A stretch of DNA of 57,267 nucleotides, counting the filler, from Asterionella formosa (Eukaryota): NCBI GenBank assembly GCA_002256025.1. It is 5 parts of 5 records of this genome, joined end to end, with 100 filler letters (N's around TTAATTAATTAA, not from the genome) between each part and the next. Parts side by side here need not be neighbours in the genome. Positions count along the whole stretch, not along the records: positions 45,937 to 57,267 come from NKIB01008576.1; 4 more parts are not named here. One strand, given 5' to 3'. Of this stretch, positions 49,993 to 57,267 are shown piece by piece. The position numbers were made by a program, and so were the translations under genes. Every line of letters begins with the position of its first letter. Within the stretch, counting starts at the first letter, position 1. Under the pieces are notes generated by a model. It did no database searches. It was not told the origin of the DNA and worked only from the letters and a program-made list of their open reading frames with translations.

Positions 49993-52386
49993 TACCCAGT
50001 AAGAAAGTTTATATGGATGGGCATCACTGAATAATAGTGTATACCGGTAGTGCTTCTGACTTGGTATATAATAACCAGGTTATTAATACTGCTTTACTGT
50101 AATAACCGTGGTTATTTGTCATCAAGTCTGACTTGGTGGCGTCAGACTTTGGACTCAAGTCCAGACTTGGTATAAATAACTATGAGGCAAAATTTATGAA
50201 AATGCGATAATAAGGTTTACCTAATTCATGTACCGGTATGTGTACACATGCCTGTATACTCTGAGGACGTGGTAAACAGCTATTTTGTCCAAAAAAGGTC
50301 GATTGACACTTTGACGTATACATATATCGGTTCTTCAAATGAATGTTCAGTGTAACTCGTTCATACTACATAGAGAAGCGCTACACGCTCAGCTACGGAT
50401 GGATCGTTTCAGATTCGTAAACCAGTACCAGAAATTCGTGACAAAACGTGGTATTCTATGTTTAGAGGATCAAAGCGGTAAAAGAATTTCGAGGTTCAAA
50501 GCAGTTTTTAACTGGTACCTGCACGTGCGATGCGGTTATTTTGCTGAAGTTGATAACGAGACGCAGGACAGCTGTTTAAATACATTGAAAGCCCATGCAA
50601 CAATGCCCGTAGTCAAAATGATCCAGTTTTCCGGAATTGTTGTTAAAGCTAAAATTTGTTTTGCTAGTTTCCCCGAGTTTTTTGATGAGGCTGGTCAATA
50701 AAACCTTATAGTGCTTTGTAAGACTAGATCATAGAAACATCCGTCAAAATTGATTTGATACCCCTAAAAGAATTAACAACACAGCTAGTGACTTTCAATC
50801 AAATGACAATGGTGGTAACTTAGTATAAGACCACGACGGATTTAAAAACAACATTTAAAGGCAACATGCCCCCTGTCTACTTGGATCCATTGGAGACTAT
50901 GTAAGACTTTTACAGTAAGCAGGTGAGTTTGTCTATACAAAAATAGGGACAGTAAAGTGGGACCAGAATTCACTAGCTTTGTTACGTATTTTTCATGTAT
51001 CATGGTGTGATGGTAGTATGTCATATTTGCTAGTAAAGCTGTAATATTTCTTGTCGAAAATCAATCTAGCAATCAAATCGACAGTGAAGTTACAATAATG
51101 TAAAGGATAAGTATTATGCTCACAATGTGATTCTTAATGAAATCGTAGATGTGATTATCATTATGCCTCGAGTTGGTTCTTGGCAGTGAGATCTTCCGGT
51201 ACCATTGTGCTTTTTCAACAACGCTGTGGGCGTTTTTGTGTTGTGAAAATAGCCTTGTTCTTGATTTGTCTTCTTAGACGTCATTGCTGTTGCGGCGCAC
51301 ATTGATGAGTGATTACAGCTTCGTCAGTTTGGCTTTAAAAAAGTGGCATCATGATGACAAAGTCAGAGGTCCACCCCTTGCCTCATTGGGGTAGGACATA
51401 TAAACCTCGTTGACATGCTCAATCAAATAAGATGCAACATTGTTCTTGAAGAATCTGTCTGTCCAGATGAGGTTTTGACTCCATGTAGGGGCAGCTGGCC
51501 AGGAATTGTACCAAAGATTAGACTTAGCTATAACCTGTGATGAGATTCTTCTTCAAATTTGAAAATTAAAAGGATTAACTAATGCTAAACTTCAGCTTGC
51601 AGTAGCTATTTATTCATACGCATTTTCATCCAGGCTAGTCCTGGACTCATGTAATAAGTACTGCTGTGTACTGCAGTACTCTCATACATTGTCACACTAC
51701 CGATAGACATCTACGCATATGTATGCGTAGGCAGGCTCTAGACCAAAAACATATTTCATAAATACCGGTATTCCTGCATTGAGGCAAAGTATGATAATTG
51801 AATGGGTTTAGGTCTTATGGTAACTAGCTGGAGTAATAGGTATTGTATTGGACCTCAGTGTATTTCATTTTATTGCTTCCTCACCAAAAACTCGCAGTAG
51901 AGTCTTATATCTATGTACTACCGGGAACTTCATTCAAACTGATGTTCCAGTCAATAATACACTATAATAGTAGACAACGGGTACCAGGGGTACTCTATGT
52001 ACCATGGCGTTGACTACTGGGAAATGTAGCTCACAGTATACATCTGCTATCAGCAAATTAGTGTCATATTTCGGAGTGGACGACGTAAGATTGTCGCTAC
52101 ATTATCGCTGCAACCATTCAGCATGCCACTGCATATGATAGTGTAACTTGTTCTATACCTACATATTAATTACCTCGGACCCCGGCGCACTGGTAGTAAA
52201 TCTGCTATACACTGCCTTGAGCATCCCTCTTTCGATACTTGTTACAAATGCTTACTTCAACGATGAACATCCAACAAACAGCTGGCGAAAACTGGGATTG
52301 GTACGATGACGTATCGTGTTTTGATTGATCGCCCAATAAAAAAGTACAAATTACACTGCAATTTAGAAGGTGCTGTGATTTTTTGG

Positions 52387-53757
52387 CTACCATTCCCCAT
52401 ATTTCAGATCTACCATTGTTGTAACATTTTTCTCTCTGGGGTTTATCACGTTCTTTCTCAGCTCATTCATCAATCGACTCCAGTTGCTAGATGTTGTCAA
52501 AACAAAATCGTTAGCCTCCATGGCTACAAGCAGGCTTCCCAAGGACCAAAGACCGGTCACTCCATTGAGCTCACGAGACAATTTTGGCACAGTGTTATAT
52601 GGATCGTCATCGGGCCGGTAAGGAAGCATTTCATAGTAGAATTGATCTATGTACACCCTCCATGATATCGGTGATTCGGCCATGAATTCCCTCACTGCCT
52701 TGGGGTCCTCGGTCGACAAAAAGATTTGAGCTTCTCCAGCCTCATCACCTCGCTGTTTGAGTATTGATTTCACTCCACTGATGTAATCGTTGACGCTTTG
52801 TAGCTTCTTCTCAAACTTTTTGTCGCCCCATCTCATGTGCACCGTGATCAACTTTTGAGGCACTCCACCTGGAAAAACTAAATTGAGTTGGCGCTTGCCT
52901 TCTTCTACCACAACAGGAGATACCTTGGTAAAAAGAAATTCGATTGCAGCTGCTCGAAAGTCTGATTTTTTGTATTCCTTCATGATTGAATCACATTTGA
53001 ACTTGATCGGGTTACGAATGGCATGTGTGATACCTCCCTCCAGTGATTTCATATCCTGTGGACACCTTAGTTCTGAGTGTGGAAAGTAGCAAAGAATACT
53101 AGATTGGTTGGCCACCATCGTGTCGCACTTATTACTATCAAGCCATATCCACTCTCTTAGATTGTGTGTTCTTATTCTGACAGTATCTTCCATGGCATTG
53201 CATAGCGCTTGTCCCCATATATGGAGGTCACTGCCGAGTCCAAAGATTTTTGTTCGCCATTGAAAGTCACCAAGTGGTAACGAGCAATTGTTCTGGTGAT
53301 CCACAAGTCTTTGGGCAATTTTTGATTTTACCTCTAAGTTGGTCCAGTCATAGCGAAAACTGTGTATAATTTCTGGATGCTTTCTTCGGTCTTCAGGGAC
53401 CATGTCAAACTTTGGCGCTCCTTGAATGAGAAGGGGTCTGTGTTCGTGACGACCATTCTTTCTTTCCAGCTTCGATGAGTTTCGACGACCAATAGCTTGC
53501 GCGTGATTTTTTATTCGTGTCATATCATTTCTTACTGATGATATCTTCGATTTCGCCGCTTCAGTTTGATCTGTTTCTGTTTCATGATAAATCTCGTCGA
53601 AGGAGACATTCTCTCCCAGTTTTTTGACAAAGACAAATGCGAACCAAGACAACATTAGAAACATCAATCCCAAAGCTAATCGAAGGATCAATAAGAATCC
53701 TATCGGTTTCTTCTGTATATGAACTCTCGATACGGCTGCTCTGGATGGGTGAGCCAT
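52387..53757 (-). CDS. Type II membrane glycosyltransferase, alpha-1,6-fucosyltransferase (GT23)-like
   Basis: N-terminal TM segment; GLGSDLH, VHMRWGDK..E, IFLSTEDP and LTTSSNWSRL resemble fucosyltransferase motifs I-III. Confidence 0.75.
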   Translation of the reverse strand: MAHPSRAAVSRVHIQKKPIGFLLILRLALGLMFLMLSWFAFVFVKKLGENVSFDEIYHETETDQTEAAKSKISSVRNDMTRIKNHAQAIGRRNSSKLERKNGRHEHRPLLIQGAPKFDMVPEDRRKHPEIIHSFRYDWTNLEVKSKIAQRLVDHQNNCSLPLGDFQWRTKIFGLGSDLHIWGQALCNAMEDTVRIRTHNLREWIWLDSNKCDTMVANQSSILCYFPHSELRCPQDMKSLEGGITHAIRNPIKFKCDSIMKEYKKSDFRAAAIEFLFTKVSPVVVEEGKRQLNLVFPGGVPQKLITVHMRWGDKKFEKKLQSVNDYISGVKSILKQRGDEAGEAQIFLSTEDPKAVREFMAESPISWRVYIDQFYYEMLPYRPDDDPYNTVPKLSRELNGVTGLWSLGSLLVAMEANDFVLTTSSNWSRLMNELRKNVINPREKNVTTMVDLKYGEW

Positions 53758-53937
53758 AGCTATCGTATGATGAGTGAGGTTGGTTGCTTGGCGATGTTGG
53801 TGTCGTCTTTTTGGTTTGTACTTTTTGTGAAAAAAAATGAAGATATTTTGAACAAAAACTGTATAAAAACTGTAAAGAAAGGTACTGAGTAGATAAAAAG
53901 GACCCACGCTGTAAGACTCACGCACAACGTGCTACAA

Positions 53938-54042
53938 AGACCAGGTACCATCACTGACTCTGATACCTGTTGCCTGCTACTACTAGAGTACCTGGTAGGT
54001 CATACCTACCAAGGTACCAGGGTACCTGTGGTACCTGGTACT
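53938..54042. repeat. GGTACC motif array upstream of the GT23-like gene
   Basis: ACCAGGTACC..GTACCTGGTAGG..AGGTACCAGGGTACCTGTGGTACCTGGTAC. Confidence 0.75.
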
Positions 54043-55419
54043 GAACACATAAAGCTGCAACCACATTAACGTAGTTGCGCCCCCAGCTGAACCCTAGCTA
54101 GTTCAGAAATAGATTGCTAAGGTTGCACTGTAAATAAAATTCCTAGTACTAGATCCAGCATTCCTCTTAGACTATGCTCAAAATATCTCAGGTAAAAAAT
54201 TTCCTTAGGTTATAATTTTACACAGGTCAGTGTTTGTTTACATCACAAAAAGAAAATTTGACAAAAGAACTCAATATCAATATTCAATAACTATTTAAGG
54301 TTCCTGCACTTGAACCGCAACAACTAGCTTGAAGTAAGGTTAAAAATTAATTTGATTCAGAGAAATCAAACACTCACTTTTCAAATAGGAAAACAGAAAT
54401 CGCGTTATGCACTTTCTTGCCTCCAGATATATACTACTTTATATATAAGTTACCTATGTATATAATTTGCCAAGAAACCCCGCCAATGTTGAGCAATTGT
54501 CTTCTGAAAAGTCTACCAAATAGGTCTTTCCAATAACATTCTTTAAAATATTGAAATCAGAATCGCTACACGCCGAAACGTCCTCATTAGAATAGGAGTC
54601 TTGTGAAGGAATTTTAAATCGTAAAATCTCATGTTTGTAGCTATGCATATGGGCCAAGTTCCACAGATTTAAATTATTTAAACGAAATCATTGTACTATT
54701 TCAAAATCATCTCTTTCCAATGCTAAGGAAATTCGGCAAGAACCCTAGTAGATATTAGGCAATTTTCTATTTTTTGCATAGGACAAGACACATATGCCAA
54801 TGATGATGTTCCTTAACATAAAAATTCTGATTCCAATAATTTGGCAGCTGTTTAAAAAGATTATTGGGTCAATTTTTGGATGAGAAATACTCATTATTGG
54901 TAGGATTTGATGTAGCCATGTACCCTGTAATGTCAGGAATTACCAGCTACCTTCTGGCAAGTTGCAGTTATCTCACTTAGAGATTTTTACTATGCTTGAT
55001 AGCCCCTTCTCTTGATTTTTTGGTTTATAAAAGTTTCTAGGGGGATAACTCCAGCTAATATCCAGGAATGAGGTCTATACCAGGTCTGAAGATAGAACAT
55101 ATCTTTAATCCAACCAATGACTGTTTCTTAGCATATGCAAACTGACAATAATAGTAAATCTAATTCCACCATGAGTGTTTTTGGTATTTGTATTGAATGT
55201 GTGGGACCTTGAACTGTGCAAATGCAGGTCCAAACCTTAACATCAAGTGAATGAATGGATTTCTTGGTTATTTACACAACATGGAAAAAGCACTAAGAAA
55301 TAAAAGGATGCCTCAGTTTTTCTACTTTGAATTTATTATAATAGTCAATTTCATTCAAAATTCACCATGTAACAAACACAGAAGGTGCAAATATCCAAAA
55401 TTTACTTTCATTTACAAAT

Positions 55420-57044
55420 CTAAAGAACACTTACCCTGGTGGCTTTGATGATGGCAGGGTTAAATGGAACAAAGTCACTAGCATTGGTGCCCCAGTCATA
55501 AGTGTTAAACTTTACTGTGATATCATTCCCTGAGGCAATCATCTGTTGGAGAGAATCTTTCTTGCTGCCTCGAAGAAACATCAATAAACGTTCTGGAAGC
55601 TTTTTCTTGGATGGCGCAAAATCAATTCCATACCAATCGAGAATTTTGCTCAAGAATAGTGTATTGGTTTTAACATCAATCTTGCAATTTTCTTCCTGTT
55701 CGAGAAATGCCATCGCAACAATACGGAGTTCCTCTTCAATGGCAATTGCAGTAAAGTTTTTTACAGGAGGACAGGATGTAGCTCCACAGTTAAGAGCAAA
55801 GTGAATCCTACAGTCGGCCTTTTTCATTGGTAAACGGAAACGGGGGTCGTTTTTGGAGAATGGAACACTGAGGCTGTAGGGAGGCTTACGATTTGCTCGC
55901 AACACACCATTTTCAAGCTCATTGAAGGACATGATGTCACCTCCAATATTCATCTTGACACCACCAAAAAATCCATTGCGGCTTACGCTTGTTGTTCCGA
56001 TTCCTACCTTCATAAAGGCATATTTGATCATTAGGTTGTAAACATTGATGCCAAAGGCCAACTTGGTGCTTTCATCCATCAATCCCATATCAACACCTTG
56101 CAGTTCACAAACAGCTTCCTCAAAGATTTTCCAGTTCTCGTTGTTATGAGCATCCTTGTAATTGACGAGACCTTGGTTGTCGGTCACAGCAGATTCTATC
56201 TTTCCCAGGAGCTTCTTGAGACGAGTCAACAATGACATTGAATCTTCATCAACTCGTTCGGTCCAAACGCGGAAGCTGTTGAGGATATCAGGTTGCTGGT
56301 GGCACTGCAGACGAAAGTAATATAGGTTGTTACCGTAAGAATGCTCGTTTACGACATGATGAATGATTTTGGCCTTTTCGAGCCGCTTTCCAAAAAGCAA
56401 GGCATCCTCCATGCTGCTGGCATATGCCCTGGTTAAAGAAAATATGGAATCAACTCCGTTGAACGACTTTTTGTAAATCACCAAGTTGTGCTTGAGATCG
56501 GCTATTGGCATCACACTTTGGAGTTTGAGCATCACGTCTAGAACGGTGGCCATTGTCCCATCTGGCAACTGAATTGACTTTTCCTCGTCACGAGGTGGCG
56601 GGGTCTTTTCCAATGTTGGCGGTGTGTTCGGTACAGCTAGACGAGGGTCGTCTGGTTCGGGTTCTGCTTCAATTTCTTGCTTGTATCTCTCTAGGGCAGT
56701 AGCAAACTTCGACTCTTCGTCCCATTTTACAAGTTCTGTAATAGTATCATCTGCTCCTCCAATGTGCTTGTTGTTGAAGAATACCTGTGGAACTGTCAGT
56801 CGATCGGCAATGGAAAGCATGTCGGTTCGCTTTTCTGGATGAGTAGATAGGGAAATTTCAGTGAAGGGTATTCCACGGTCCAAAAACGCTGCTTTGGTAC
56901 GCTTGCAATGAGGGCATTCTGTCAGGCTAAAGAGTGTGATTCGGCCTGATGGATAGGAGTAAGAAGGATCAAAGTCAGTTTGAAAAGCTGCTGAACAATG
57001 TATTTACTGCATATCCTGTCATCGCTGGACAAAGGCTTACCCAT
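55420..57044 (-). CDS. Glutaredoxin + DEP + DUF547 protein; exons 57044-57041 and 56945-55420
   Basis: GT-AG intron 56946-57040 gives MGRITLFSLTECPHC; TVPQVFFN..IGGAD (Grx); IHHVVNEH..YYF (DEP); LAFGINVYN..ELENGVLR..RIHFALNCGATSCPP (DUF547). Confidence 0.9.
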
Positions 57045-57267
57045 GGCAGGATTGTTACAAATCGTTCTGCTGTTTATGGTGAAATAATGATAGAGCGAAA
57101 GAAAAGTAGCATCGCGACTTTTGCTGCAGAATATGTGCATGCGTTCGAATACTTCCCAGGTCGTGTTCAAATTGTTACAAAATCATGATCCTGTGAATGC
57201 ATTCCATATATGATATAACCAGGCAGGTCCCGGTACAAGGTACTTACTACCTGGTACCACCGGTTTT

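Overview
Eukaryotic nuclear DNA, most likely a diatom. The evidence is short GT-AG introns, ASAFAP-type bipartite plastid presequences, CoDi-like Copia remnants and TTAGGG repeats; the species cannot be fixed from sequence alone. The window is not one locus: four artificial 100-bp N44-TTAATTAATTAA-N44 linkers join five unrelated scaffolds of about 11.4 kb each. Scaffold 1 (1-11407) is a transposon graveyard: a split Mutator-like transposase pseudogene, an orphan LRR fragment and interstitial TTAGGG tracts flanking a hairpin-bearing 285-bp tandem repeat. Scaffold 2 (11508-22901) is gene-dense: rpl33, phytoene desaturase, a PsbP-like protein, an HTTM protein, a Shewanella-like phosphatase, an M48 peptidase and an FKBP. 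Scaffold 3 (23002-34368) holds a solo LTR, a membrane LRR protein, CAND1 and one end of a pogo-like element. Scaffold 4 (34469-45836) holds Copia remnants plus MsrB-like, DIX-like and RING-H2 genes. Scaffold 5 (45937-57267) holds a complete non-autonomous pogo-like element with a solo LTR nested in its TIR, a GT23-like fucosyltransferase and a glutaredoxin-DEP-DUF547 gene. The best novelty candidates are (i) palindromic GGTACC/TACC(A)GGTA arrays upstream of genes that also host transposon insertions, and (ii) the telomere-repeat-bounded hairpin repeat. Neither can be called a new system without genome-wide checks.
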